DNA of 64,000 nt, taken from contig CBDCQT010000005.1 in assembly GCA_965220745.1 (NCBI GenBank), positions 128,001 to 192,000 of the forward strand. Reading direction: 5' to 3'. Below, piece by piece: positions 19,940 through 31,300 of the stretch (its first letter is position 1; each line of letters starts with the position of its first letter). A model generated the notes under the pieces. The model worked only from the letters and a program-made list of their open reading frames with translations. It searched no databases and was not told where the DNA came from. This DNA comes from Alphaproteobacteria bacterium (GTDB lineage: Bacteria > Pseudomonadota > Alphaproteobacteria > UBA828). Made by a program: the position numbers and the translations under genes.

Positions 19940-20243
19940 TTTGGAGATGCCAAGCGCGGCCGCGAAAGCGTGCCCGGTTGGGCTCATGTAGCAGGCGGTG
20001 GAACTGACGGGTTTCGTGACACGTAGCTTGGTCGCTTGGGTCGCGACGGCCTGCCTGTCTTATGTAAGAGAGGAGAACGCCGGCGCCATCAATCAGTTGG
20101 TCTTGGGCGACTTTGCCGAAGCGGAAGGAGACCGGCGGTCAGCCTTGCCAAGCAAGGTCGCCTCCACCATTGTCGGATCAAGCCACGAGGAACGTGGTGT
20201 CACAATCGCCTAGCTTGGTCCCGGTAACATCAGCGGATGAACC

Positions 20244-21980
20244 TTGGAGAGCTTTCTTGATCTCGGCGAGTGGCTTGTCGTCGCCATCCTTGAATTCGCC
20301 TATCTGCTCACGGGCGATGAAGCTGCGCCAGGATGGGTATCGCTCGGGCTGATAACTCTGCTGGCCGTCTTGTTCGTCTGGCATGGGCATTCCATGCGGC
20401 GATTCCGTCGGGCAGTTGCCGGCGCCCGACAGATACTCAACGTCCAATATGGTCGAAAGATTACGGGCGATCATCTGATAAAAGTTGATCGTGAATTCGA
20501 GCAATTCCAGGCGCGGTCTGGACCGCGAAGCCGTTTGGCAACTGCTTGGAGAGAGTTTAGGGAAACAACCATTACCCCTGAGCGCGACGAAGATGCATTG
20601 GCAAATACGGAGCGCCCAGTAACGTTTTTCAATCGCGAAGAGCTTGGTGTGGATGGCGGAGTATGGAGGTATGTTCCGACGTTCTTTGTCTCTATAGGAC
20701 TGCTTCTAACATTTCTCGGCTTAGTGGCCGCTCTGCACCAAACAGGTCAAATACTGGACGCAGCACCCGCCGACGGCGAAACCACGACCGAAGGATTGAG
20801 GACTCTTCTCAATATTGCTGGCGCAAAATTTATTATGTCGTTGACGGGATTGTTTTGTTCGATTGTTTTCACTATGATGCTACGTTATTCTGGAAAAAGA
20901 ACAGACAAGACACTACACGGATTGTGCGCAGATATAGAGGATGGCTGTGTTTTCTTGAGCGAGCAAAGAGTGATGCGACAAATGTTAGAGCAAGCAAAGG
21001 AGCAAACAAGCCAATTACAATCGTTCAGCACGGAATTGGTAGCGCAGATCGCGAAGCCGCTTCAGGACGACTTGCCGAGGACGATCCGGGAGTCGATCCA
21101 GGAGGCTATCGCACCAGCGATGGAAAAGATATCGGGAAGTACGAGTCAGGGAATCACACGCCTAGCCGGGGACGTAAGCGAGAAGCTTGCGAGTGGAATT
21201 CAGGATTCTGTACAAGCTATGGGCGGTGCCATCGACGAGATTCGCCAGAGTCTTGAAGAAGTCACCAGCCGGTTAGACCAATCAACGAAAACGATCCAGA
21301 CGCTGACGCAAAGCGTTCAGGAGAGCGCGACGAAGGCAGCCGAAGCAAGTGGACGGGAGATCCAATTCTCCGGTCGTCAAGTGGCGGACGCGATGCGTCT
21401 CAACCTTCTGGATCCGGTCAATCACCTAGCCGAGAGGGTCGAGGGTCTCTCTGCCCAGGTCGAGGCGGCCACGGAACAGCTTGAAAAGTATGCGGGCGCT
21501 GTAGGCGGGAGCACCGCCGTCGTGCAATCAGCCAATGAAGAACTCGGGCGATCGACGGAAGCGTTGGTCGAGGCGGCCGATCCTGTACGTGGCGCCGTCG
21601 TCGGGATCGAGGCCGCGAGCCGTTCGATGGGTGATCGGGTGGAGGCGGCTTCCGAGGCTATGCAGTCCACGACGAAGCAGACGGAAGCCATAATGCGTGG
21701 CGCACAAGAGGCAATCGATGCGTCACAGAACGCGGTACAGGAAGGGCTCGACTCCTTCGAGAGCGCTGTGGGGCAATTCAAGGAGATTATTGAGCGCTAT
21801 AAGGAGATTGACCGCAACCTCGGCGACGCCTTCGAAGAGATCGAGGGAGCCGTTCAAGTCAGCATCAGGGAGATCGGGACGTTCCAACGCACAGTGAACG
21901 AGGAATTTGGAAAGGCGCTCAACCGGCTCCAGGCCGTAATCGCCCAAGCCGAACCGTTTACGCCACGCGCAGACGAGTAG
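20244..21980 (+). CDS. zorA: Zorya anti-phage protein ZorA (MotA-like TM domain + helical tail)
   Basis: PTFFVSIGLLLTFLGL and AKFIMSLTGLFCS TM motifs, long helical tail, operon context. Confidence 0.88.
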   Translation: MESFLDLGEWLVVAILEFAYLLTGDEAAPGWVSLGLITLLAVLFVWHGHSMRRFRRAVAGARQILNVQYGRKITGDHLIKVDREFEQFQARSGPRSRLATAWREFRETTITPERDEDALANTERPVTFFNREELGVDGGVWRYVPTFFVSIGLLLTFLGLVAALHQTGQILDAAPADGETTTEGLRTLLNIAGAKFIMSLTGLFCSIVFTMMLRYSGKRTDKTLHGLCADIEDGCVFLSEQRVMRQMLEQAKEQTSQLQSFSTELVAQIAKPLQDDLPRTIRESIQEAIAPAMEKISGSTSQGITRLAGDVSEKLASGIQDSVQAMGGAIDEIRQSLEEVTSRLDQSTKTIQTLTQSVQESATKAAEASGREIQFSGRQVADAMRLNLLDPVNHLAERVEGLSAQVEAATEQLEKYAGAVGGSTAVVQSANEELGRSTEALVEAADPVRGAVVGIEAASRSMGDRVEAASEAMQSTTKQTEAIMRGAQEAIDASQNAVQEGLDSFESAVGQFKEIIERYKEIDRNLGDAFEEIEGAVQVSIREIGTFQRTVNEEFGKALNRLQAVIAQAEPFTPRADE

Positions 21981-21986
21981 TCCACG

Positions 21987-23246
21987 ATGGCGGCCGTCTT
22001 CCCACGCAATCGGGCCCGCGAGGAGGAAGGCGAATCCGTCTTCGTTTCGATGACGGATCTGACTGTGTCGTTCCTGTTCATAATTCTGATTCTTCTGGCC
22101 TTCTTTGCAACCCAATACAAGCCAGAGGAAACGGTTTCGCGGGACGAGTACGACATTCTCATCGTACAACTCTCCAACGCTCGCGACGCGATTGAGCGGC
22201 TGGAAGAAGAACTCTCAACCGCCCAAGAGTATATCGACGATCTCGAGCAAGAGCGACGCCAATATAAAGCCCGCCTCGTCGAGAGAGGCCGGATAATCTC
22301 TGAGTTGCGTATGGAGATCAGTACGCTAAGGGGAAATCTCGCTCTACTTCGTGCCTCGGAAAACGCGCTACGAGAAAGACTCGAAGAGCTAGCACCGGAT
22401 AGAGCGCCGGAGGGCAGCTTTGAAGATGTATCGGCTGAGCGGGACGCCGCCCATAGGCGTGCAGAGGCACTTGCGGTCGAAATCACTCGCCTGAATGTGG
22501 CCGTCGCAACTCTAGAGAGCGAAATCGCGCGATTGCTGGAACGCATCGCTGAGCTGACAACACCGGACCCTCTTGCTGCCTACCTCGAGAGCGCGGCATC
22601 CGCACGAGCGGACTTGCTGAAACGATTGGCGGAGCGAATTCAAGAGCAACTTCCTGGCATCCGCGTGACGGTCGTGGCCGCCGATGGTGTGATTCGTTTC
22701 CGCGGCGACGACCTGTTTGCGTCCGGGCAATGGCGCGTCCACAGCGGCAGTACGGCCGAGCGGGTCGCGCGGGCGGTAGCGGACGCACTGGCCGATACGC
22801 TTCCCTGCTACACGGTGGGTACCCGCGCTGCGTTCGATACGACATGTAACAGTGCCTTCGCCGCCATCGAGACAATTCAAATCGAAGGTCATACCGACGA
22901 CACACCCCTCAGCATCGGACTTCGAGAGCGAGAGCGGATGCTGGACAACCGTGACCTCTCCGCGCGCCGAGGTGCCGAGACCCTGCGCGCCGCGACCGAT
23001 CGATACCGGCCCGAGCTGCTGGAATTCCGCAATTTGGAGGGACAGCCGGTTCTGTCCTTCGCCGGTTATGGCGCCATGCGGCCCGTCGCTCACGGCGACA
23101 CGTCCACGGCGAAAGCCGCGAACCGGCGGATCGACATCCGATTCATTCTTCAGACCCCGCAGAACCTACGCGAGGTCGAAGAGATACGGTCGCGGCTTGT
23201 AGACAACCACCCGAAGCTGCCTGCGGTCGAGGACATGAGACCCTGA
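21987..23246 (+). CDS. zorB: Zorya ZorB (MotB-like TM Asp + coiled coil + OmpA-like domain)
   Basis: FVSMTDL TM helix, IEGHTD, LSARR, NRRIDIRF. Confidence 0.88.
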   Translation: MAAVFPRNRAREEEGESVFVSMTDLTVSFLFIILILLAFFATQYKPEETVSRDEYDILIVQLSNARDAIERLEEELSTAQEYIDDLEQERRQYKARLVERGRIISELRMEISTLRGNLALLRASENALRERLEELAPDRAPEGSFEDVSAERDAAHRRAEALAVEITRLNVAVATLESEIARLLERIAELTTPDPLAAYLESAASARADLLKRLAERIQEQLPGIRVTVVAADGVIRFRGDDLFASGQWRVHSGSTAERVARAVADALADTLPCYTVGTRAAFDTTCNSAFAAIETIQIEGHTDDTPLSIGLRERERMLDNRDLSARRGAETLRAATDRYRPELLEFRNLEGQPVLSFAGYGAMRPVAHGDTSTAKAANRRIDIRFILQTPQNLREVEEIRSRLVDNHPKLPAVEDMRP

Positions 23247-24616
23247 TGACTTCGACTTCATTATCAGAGCTCGTGAGAAACCGGCGCCCTATTTCGCTGC
23301 TCCGGATGCCTACGAAGCCCGATCATGTATGCCAAGCGTCCGAGACGATCCACCGCCGCTGGCGAGATACGGAGATCGAAGAGACGAAGGAGAACCCTGA
23401 GGCATTGGCTCTGGAAATGGACCATCGACGCAGAAGGGACGACTGGGAGTGCTTCTATTGGGCGGACGCGACGCGTACCGCACTCGCCTTTCTCGGTACC
23501 GGTCTGTGGCGGGAAAAGCGGTTCGCACTGCTACTTGACTTGCTTCTCAATCAAGTCGGCCCCGGCGGAAACCGCGTCTACACTCGTGCCATGTTCCGCA
23601 AGTACCTCGAAACATTCGATCAACGATCCGCTCTGACACGCCGGTTCGCCGAACGGCTGGCCCGCGCCTTCGAGGATGACGCGTTGCGTGTGGCGGATAT
23701 GCCAATCGGACCATTGGTTCATCACCTCCATGTTTTCGATGTCGATTTCGCCCCCCAGGCGATCGCCGCCCACATGGAGACGCACGCGCCGCCTTTTCGC
23801 GCTTTGCGAGAGGCGGGTGTGGAAGCCCCGCACGGAGATGGGCTCATGCAGCGGGCGCATCGGTTGTTCGTCCAGGCGTTGGCGCCACGGATCAAGAACG
23901 GGGACTTCACCGCCGCCGAAACTCTGCTCGAGTGGCTCAATCCACCCGAGGTCGAGACTTCTCTTCAGGGTGGTGCGGGCGACGCTCTCAATGCTCTCTT
24001 GTTACCGTGGCACACACGTGACCCTGACGAACAGCTCAAGAGCACGATCAAGTCCCGTCTAGTTGATGCTTATGGTGACCCACGCACCGAAACTACAGGT
24101 GCGTGGGCCGCATGCTCAGGTGACGCGCGTCGCGTGATTCTGAAATGGCTGGTAGGCGCGACAATTAGGGTGTTTTTCGACATCGTTACCCGAGCAGATC
24201 GCACGCATATGTGGACTAATCGCAAGAGGCTCTGGATCGATCTTGATGAAGAGGATCGCATCACGGAAGCGTGGTTCGCTCTGAGCCGCGCAGGTGCGAG
24301 TATCGCACGAGATTTGGCCAGAAAGCGGGATGACCCTAGTCTTGAGAAATTCTCTAAAAATGACTCCCGGAATGCAAGTGATCGCAACAAATGCCTGTTA
24401 ATAATGAAGATTGACGGACAGTGGGTGGTTGAAGGATCGCATAATTTTAAAACCCATGTTTTCTCACGCAGAGATCAGTTATCTGTGACGCCGTATGAGC
24501 CTTCGTACACTTGTGAACAATTCCGCGAGATACGAGGGAAGAACGAGCCTAAGCGTTTTGGACATTGGAGCATAAGCGCATGGCGCGATAACGTTTTGAT
24601 GGCGCTCCAAGAATGA
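23246..24616 (+). CDS. zorC: Zorya ZorC (EH-signature domain protein)
   Basis: YGDPR, R.RLW, VVEGSH...H signature; position between zorB and zorD. Confidence 0.82.
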   Translation: MTSTSLSELVRNRRPISLLRMPTKPDHVCQASETIHRRWRDTEIEETKENPEALALEMDHRRRRDDWECFYWADATRTALAFLGTGLWREKRFALLLDLLLNQVGPGGNRVYTRAMFRKYLETFDQRSALTRRFAERLARAFEDDALRVADMPIGPLVHHLHVFDVDFAPQAIAAHMETHAPPFRALREAGVEAPHGDGLMQRAHRLFVQALAPRIKNGDFTAAETLLEWLNPPEVETSLQGGAGDALNALLLPWHTRDPDEQLKSTIKSRLVDAYGDPRTETTGAWAACSGDARRVILKWLVGATIRVFFDIVTRADRTHMWTNRKRLWIDLDEEDRITEAWFALSRAGASIARDLARKRDDPSLEKFSKNDSRNASDRNKCLLIMKIDGQWVVEGSHNFKTHVFSRRDQLSVTPYEPSYTCEQFREIRGKNEPKRFGHWSISAWRDNVLMALQE

Positions 24617-27600
24617 TCCGGATTAGCCATACCTACGACGACAAGCGCGTTATCTTCACAGCCGAGGGCGCTATGCCCGGTATGCTTGGCCGCTTGTTCG
24701 GAGGGAACAAAGAATCCGGGAACGTCGATGACTGGGTCGCCGGCGACGCCATCAGATGCAGCGCACTCGGGGCGTTGCGCATGTTTGGCGAAGACCATCC
24801 CAGAACGGTAACTGTCGAGACCGACCGTATGGAGGTCGCCCACATCGCCGTTGCGTCGCTTGACTCAAGCCAGGCACGGGCGCTCGGCCTTCCCGGCCGA
24901 CCTCCCTATGTCTTCACCGCCGATACAAGCGGGGTCATCGGCTCGCCCGCTTTTGCGCTGAACACTCGCTGGCTCGACGCTGGCACCCCGATTCCAGCGC
25001 GTCGGCGTGGTGCGTTTTTGGAAACATCCCGTGGTGTGTACCTCATTCCCGAACCGCTCTATTCCGCTACCGAGCTGGCAGACGGCTTTGACGCGGGTGC
25101 TGTCGATCTGCCGGGCCACTGGGCGGCCCTCGCTGACTTCCGGCGCTTACTAGACCCGGAAGCCGCCGGCGCCGATTCCGCCGCCCTCAGCCGCTTCCTC
25201 CAGGACCTACGCATTTACACGGGCGCAGCGCTCTCCTTAGCGCTCACTGGAACACCTGACGACATGGATTTCGACCCAGTGCTCTATGACGTCGAAACTG
25301 CGAACGACGCCGCAGACGAAGGCCGATCGCTGACCGAGAGCGACGGGATGCTCCAGGAAGAGGAACTTCGAATATTTCAGAAGCATGCGAGAATGGGCTT
25401 TCGTGCATTCGCCGCAGCCAAGAGAAGCTATCTGCTCGGCAGGAACACTTACCTCATCGTCGACGAAGATCTCGAAACCGTCCTTCAGATTGTGCGTGAG
25501 AAGCAGCGGGCGGGACCGGGGGAGCGTAGAGCCTTTGCCGCCAACCCGCGCGCGGTCATCATCGAACGCTTGGCCGAGATATCGCGCGCGCGCGGAGACG
25601 GGACGGGGCGAGCGGAGGAGGATGCCGGCGAAGAAGACGCCGAAGCCCGTGCGGCGGCCTTGTTCATCGAGACGCCAGAATATGCAGATCGAGCGATCGG
25701 AATCGGTTTGTGGGAGAAGCCGCAACTCGAGTTTTTGCCGCACGTGCCGAACGTCTGGCTGCCAGAAACCTTCGCATTGGAACTCGGGGGTGTCTGGGTC
25801 CACCTTGATCAAGAGGCCGTGGTGGACCTGCGAAAAAAGGTCGATCAAGCGATCGAAGAGGGCGAGGCGCATGTGGAGCACAAGGGCCAGCGCATCCCCG
25901 CGACGGCCGAAGTGCAAAAGAAACTATCGGACGCCATCGGGACCGAACGGCCTGGCGGCGAGGACGATGACGGCAAAGACGAAACCGCAAAAGGAAAGCA
26001 AGAGGCGCTCGGGAAGATTGTAGTCAACGTTGAGGAAAATTTCGTCGAGGAGAATTGGCCTGCCGATGACATACCGCAACGCCAGGCATTCATCCAGCCT
26101 GAGCAGTCAAAGAAAATTGGTACAACGCTGCTCCCTCATCAACAAATTGCCCTGGAGTGGCAGATCGCGGCGTGGCGGGCTGGTCTCCCCGGTGTGCTGA
26201 ACGCGGACGATCAAGGGCTAGGAAAAACACTCCAAACGCTCGCCTTTCTCGCCTGGCTGCACGGAAATATGGAGAGGGGGCCGTCAGCAAAACGCAAACC
26301 CGTGCTTGTCGTTGCGCCGACAGGGTTGCTCCGAACCTGGGAACACGAGGAGGAGACTCATCTAACGGGAACCCGGCTCGGCATACGTCTCAGAGCCTAT
26401 GGTCCGAACCTGCTCAACCTCAGATCTTCGGGGCTCTCCGGGCACGATACAGACGACGGAAAACCCCGGCTCGGTTTCGAGGAATTGCGCTCTTCGATCG
26501 ACAAGGGGAGGGGCCACAATTGGTGGCTGTTGACCACTTACGAGACGCTCAAAAACTACCAGCATAGTTTTCGACAAATTGACTTCTCGGTCGTCGTCTT
26601 CGACGAAATTCAGAAGATAAAGAACGTCCAGACCCTGGTTTCTCTCGCCGCGCGAAGCGTTAAGGCCGACTTCCGAATTGGCCTCACCGGAACGCCGATC
26701 GAGAACCATGTCGTCGACCTCTGGGCAATCATGGACGCGGTCGTGCCAGGGCGTCTGGGGACATTAAAGGAGTACATCGAGCGCTACCGGATCGTGACCG
26801 AAACCAACATGCCCGAACTGTACGGTCGTCTGTTCATGGAGGTTAGGAGAGATGATAAACGCTACCCGCCGTGTGCTCAGCGGCGCTTCAAGGACGACGA
26901 AATTGAGGACCTTCCACGTAAGCACTACCGCGCATATCCCACCACAATGCCCGAGGCCCAGGCTCAAGCCTACGAAACCGCAAGGCGTCATCTTTTGGAC
27001 GGCGCGCGCGGTGCAGCGCTTAAACTCTTGCACCATGTCCGCGCGGTCTCGCTCCATCCTGAGCCCCCGGAGACTGCACAAGCCGATATGGAGTCCTACT
27101 CTATCCGCTCGGCACGTTTCGAGGCGGTACGGCGTACGCTCGCAAATATCAGAGAGCGAGGTGAGCGAGCACTTATCTATACGGAGGATCGGCGCATGCA
27201 GGCGTTCGTGGCGCAGTGGCTTCGGTCCGAGTTCGGACTTGATGGTGTCTCGATCATCAACGGTGCAACCTCGATCTCGAAGCGCCAGCGCCATGTGAAA
27301 CGTTTTCAGGAGCACATGGAGGCCGATGGCGGTTTTGACGCGATGGTCCTCTCGCCCCGCGCCGCTGGCGTCGGGCTGACTCTGACTGCCGCAACCCATG
27401 TGATCCATCTCAGCCGTTGGTGGAACCCCGCGGTCGAGGAGCAGTGCAACGATCGCGTCTACCGCATCGGCCAAAAGCGCGACGTGACCGTTCATCTCCC
27501 TCTGGCGATACACCCCGGATACCGGGAACGCTCTTTCGATTGCGTGTTGAACGATTTGATGCGGCGCAAGACCTCGCTCGCACGAGCGGCGCTCTGGCCA

Positions 27601-28053
27601 CCGACTGACAACGACTTCGATTTCAACATGCTAATGGCCGGGATCGGCGGCGCCAAACCCGCAGATCTAGCGGAAGTTGACAATCTTGACTGGCGGGGTT
27701 TTGAGAATTGGATCGTGGACCGGGCCAGGGAGAGCGGCGACTGGAGGGTCTCGGAAACGCCAACGACGGGTGACCGGGGTGCAGACGTCGTCTTGAAACA
27801 CTGCCGGCGACGCGATGCGTCCGCACTGGTGCAGGCGAAGTACACCGACAATCGAGAGCGATTGATCGACGAGAGCGCGGTCCGAGAGGTCATACATTCT
27901 GCGGAGCGATACGATGTCCGCGACCCTCAGCTCGTCGTGATCACCAATGCGCGTGGATTTACCGAACGCGCCCGCAACCTTGCGTTAGAAAACGGCGTCA
28001 CGCTCCTTGAGCGCGACCGTCTCGCGCTTTGGCCGGGCCATACTCTTGGCTGA
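24613..28053 (+). CDS. zorD: Zorya ZorD (SNF2 ATPase + C-terminal Mrr-like nuclease)
   Basis: ADDQGLGKT, DEIQ, TGTPIEN, WWNPAVEEQCNDRVYRIGQ; FE...DRGAD...VQAK. Confidence 0.88.
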   Translation: MIRISHTYDDKRVIFTAEGAMPGMLGRLFGGNKESGNVDDWVAGDAIRCSALGALRMFGEDHPRTVTVETDRMEVAHIAVASLDSSQARALGLPGRPPYVFTADTSGVIGSPAFALNTRWLDAGTPIPARRRGAFLETSRGVYLIPEPLYSATELADGFDAGAVDLPGHWAALADFRRLLDPEAAGADSAALSRFLQDLRIYTGAALSLALTGTPDDMDFDPVLYDVETANDAADEGRSLTESDGMLQEEELRIFQKHARMGFRAFAAAKRSYLLGRNTYLIVDEDLETVLQIVREKQRAGPGERRAFAANPRAVIIERLAEISRARGDGTGRAEEDAGEEDAEARAAALFIETPEYADRAIGIGLWEKPQLEFLPHVPNVWLPETFALELGGVWVHLDQEAVVDLRKKVDQAIEEGEAHVEHKGQRIPATAEVQKKLSDAIGTERPGGEDDDGKDETAKGKQEALGKIVVNVEENFVEENWPADDIPQRQAFIQPEQSKKIGTTLLPHQQIALEWQIAAWRAGLPGVLNADDQGLGKTLQTLAFLAWLHGNMERGPSAKRKPVLVVAPTGLLRTWEHEEETHLTGTRLGIRLRAYGPNLLNLRSSGLSGHDTDDGKPRLGFEELRSSIDKGRGHNWWLLTTYETLKNYQHSFRQIDFSVVVFDEIQKIKNVQTLVSLAARSVKADFRIGLTGTPIENHVVDLWAIMDAVVPGRLGTLKEYIERYRIVTETNMPELYGRLFMEVRRDDKRYPPCAQRRFKDDEIEDLPRKHYRAYPTTMPEAQAQAYETARRHLLDGARGAALKLLHHVRAVSLHPEPPETAQADMESYSIRSARFEAVRRTLANIRERGERALIYTEDRRMQAFVAQWLRSEFGLDGVSIINGATSISKRQRHVKRFQEHMEADGGFDAMVLSPRAAGVGLTLTAATHVIHLSRWWNPAVEEQCNDRVYRIGQKRDVTVHLPLAIHPGYRERSFDCVLNDLMRRKTSLARAALWPPTDNDFDFNMLMAGIGGAKPADLAEVDNLDWRGFENWIVDRARESGDWRVSETPTTGDRGADVVLKHCRRRDASALVQAKYTDNRERLIDESAVREVIHSAERYDVRDPQLVVITNARGFTERARNLALENGVTLLERDRLALWPGHTLG

Positions 28054-28396
28054 CTAGGGGTGTCGTCCAGAGGACCACCAACTCGGGCTTGAGTGGCTAA
28101 GTCGCCGATTTCTAGTTCATTGAGGCAGCTGGTTTCGGTCCCGTCTTTACGGGTAAATGGCACCCGCCAAAAAGATCGGTGAGTATCGAGCAGGCGCAGT
28201 CTTTCGCGTTCCACAAGTGGAAGAAGAACAGATACCTGCGCTGCCCAAACCCGTTCACGAGGGTGGTCGCCTGTTTCCAGAATTCTCGGCCGAGGCAGCA
28301 GCGAACGGAGTGCACGCGCCTGCCACACTCGCGCGTTTGCCCGTCCACGGTCCGAGCGAACGGTTACCACGGATGTAACGCTTCGCGAACCTCATC

Positions 28397-31300
28397 TCAC
28401 TGCCGGGCTGACCGGTTCGTGCCGGTGGTTCTCGAGGTTGCACCAGACCGGGAGGCGGGCACGGCGGAGATGACGCCACCACCAGTCGGCTCGGCTTCCA
28501 GATGCACTCGAAGGTCTGTAGCGATGGTTTCAGGGACTGGTATCCAGGCCACGCCTGGCTCTCCAAGCTCGTCACCAGCGGTTTCGGAGTCTGACGGGCT
28601 GAGCACTGACCTGTGCCCATCAACAGCGTACTTGCCGCCCATCGTGACGTCGAAGATATGCGCGCGACCGTGCACAACGCGGAATCGATGTTCGTCGTAC
28701 GTGCCTGCAATGTACGGAACAACGACATCAAGAAAACAATCTCCGTTTTCGTTGCTCCGAAGTCGTTCGGTTTTGCTGCCGATGCGATCGACGCGTCCCG
28801 TGCGCTGCTCAAGTGTAGCCGGGTTCCACGGTAAATCGTGATGGATGACGTGACGGCACTCACGATGCAGGTCTATGCCTTCTTGGCCGACAGTTGTGAC
28901 AATCAGAACTTCTGGAACGAGCGGGGAATTAAATCCCATGAAGAGCCGGTCGCGCTCGTAACTTGGGACCGCACCTGTTACTCGGGCAACGACTTCTCGA
29001 TTTCTGCTCGCTTCCTGGTACGCGGACACCTGCTCTTCAAGCCCGACTGCCTTCTGGAGCGTTTCCAGATAAGCGTCGAACCTCGCTCGCGCTGACTCGC
29101 CCGACGCGGGCGCTGAATCGTATCGTCTGTGAATCAGCGACGTCCAGTTGTCATCGACCGTGTCGTCCTCGACATGAGGATCTGCGCTTGGATCATTCAG
29201 AATGAACCGGGCGAGAAAACCAGGGGAACGGACCATGCGACGGAGCATCCGCGCCGCCAACGCTCGCAGTCTCGCGGGAAGACTGGCCAGCGCGGCCGAG
29301 TGGTAGCGGGTAAGCAGACTCGGCACTTCAACGTGTGGTTCGCCCAAATATGGGCCCAATGTCGTTTGACCAGCGCGACCCTCGAGCACCTGCTTCCACG
29401 CGGCAACGTCTTCGGGGTTTGAACGATGGCCGGAATTGTCAATATCTTCATCGTCGGGGAGAGCTTCGACCTCGGCGTCGCGAAGAATTCCCTCGATCAC
29501 CTCGCGGCGGCGGGAATGCCAATCCGGAGCGGAGACCATTTGGATCGACGCTGAGATCGTCTCTTCGAGTTGCAGCGGCTTAAGCACCTTTTCGAGCCAC
29601 TCTAGTCCGTGCGCGGAGTGCTCCCACCGCGACAGCAGAGTCTGTTCCGTCGCAGCAAGCACGCGCCGTCGGTCGAAGCGACTTCGGTCGTGGGGCGGAC
29701 CTGCTCGCGCCAGTCGTTCGGCAATTCTTCTGATGTCATTTTCGCGTATCGTGAATCGGCGTGGGAGGCGCCCATTTGGACCTGCAAAAGGGTGGTCTTG
29801 AAACAAAAGGAAAACAGACTGACGGTAGTTGTACAGCCGTCTCTGGAGATTCTTCAGGCGTGTCTCCAGTTGATCCTCGGTGCAGTCGAACGCTGCTGTC
29901 AAAACGTTAGTTGTGTGCGTGTCGATACGGCTGTTTACGGCCGCCTGAATCGATCCGACGGTTGCGACATTGAAGCAGAAAACCAGTGTCTTATCGCTAT
30001 TGCACCAGGCGTGGAAGGCGCGCTCTGCGGTTACGGAGACTTTCGGGTGCTCATGGGTGTCCCCACTGACCGCGTGCTTGACGAAGCCCAGATAGCGCCT
30101 AGCTTCTTCGTTGTTCCCAGGAAGCATTCGTCGTAGTTCCGCGTCCCTGAAGAAGGCGTACGAGCCCCCGAGGTCTGCCCCTAGGCTTGTCGAGCCCCGT
30201 CCCTTCTTCTGCTCCTGTACCGCTCTCATCATCAGATAGTGAACCAATTCAGCGTCCCCACCGACATCCAGACCTGGCTGTGAACGGAGCGCATTCCGGC
30301 GAACACTGGTCCTGCTCCATTCCGGATCCGCCTCGCGTCCCACCCACCAGGCCCGATGGGAGCTGTCGCGGCGGTGCCGCACCATGAAGGGTCTGAGGTT
30401 CCTACTCAGACAGCTGTGGGCCTCGCGTACATTCAGCAATGCAGAGAGAGTGTTCTGCATTCGCGGCGGCAGCGCGTCAGGACCTTTATTCGCATCAATT
30501 GACGTCCAGGTTCGTTCGAGTTCGTTCACGTCACGGGTGTTGACCTCAGCCCAAAACTCTCTGAGCGACTCTCCCGCAGCTTGAGCAGCCTGAACGTCTG
30601 CGCCGAGAGCGCTGACACACTTGGTCAGGAAGTCGGCACGTTCTGGCGGCAGCTGAATGCAACTCCGCAAATTGAGCACCTGGATGAGCTCGTGCGGTCC
30701 AAGTTGGAAAGGAGTGGCAGATAGGCCCAGCAAACGGTCTATCCGCAGTCCCAGCATGTGTACGAATCTTTGCCAGCTTCTCGGATGATTCTTCCAGTTG
30801 TGTATCTCGTCCACTATCACAAGTGGAACGTGATGAGGCACGGTCTGTCCGATTGCGGCTCGGCAAATTTCACGCAGATCTTTCCAGAATGCCGCGTGCT
30901 TCTGATGCCCCTGTCTGACGCGTCTCCAGGACTCCTCCATCCGTCTGCAAAGCAGGGGGTCTGTTGCTTCAAGCCGACGCCACGCCACACGCAGATGAAC
31001 GTCGTCAAAGCCCACTTTGTCGGCGCTCTTCGCGGCCTCCCATGCGGAAGATGATCGTCTCAAGTCCAATGACTCATGTGTTGCGTAGGACCAGTCGGAC
31101 AGCATTGCCAGTCGGTTGTTCAACGAAAGATCGAAGCCATCCATTCGGAGCAGGGTGTGAATTGCTGCCATGCGCGCAGTGTCCGCTTGATGCAATCTTC
31201 CGGACAACGCGGACATCCGTGCGATCACGAGTGTTGGTCTTCGTTTCCTGAGCGCGCGGGCCAGTTCGTGAGGCGTCGATACGGCTTCCACGTCGAAGCT

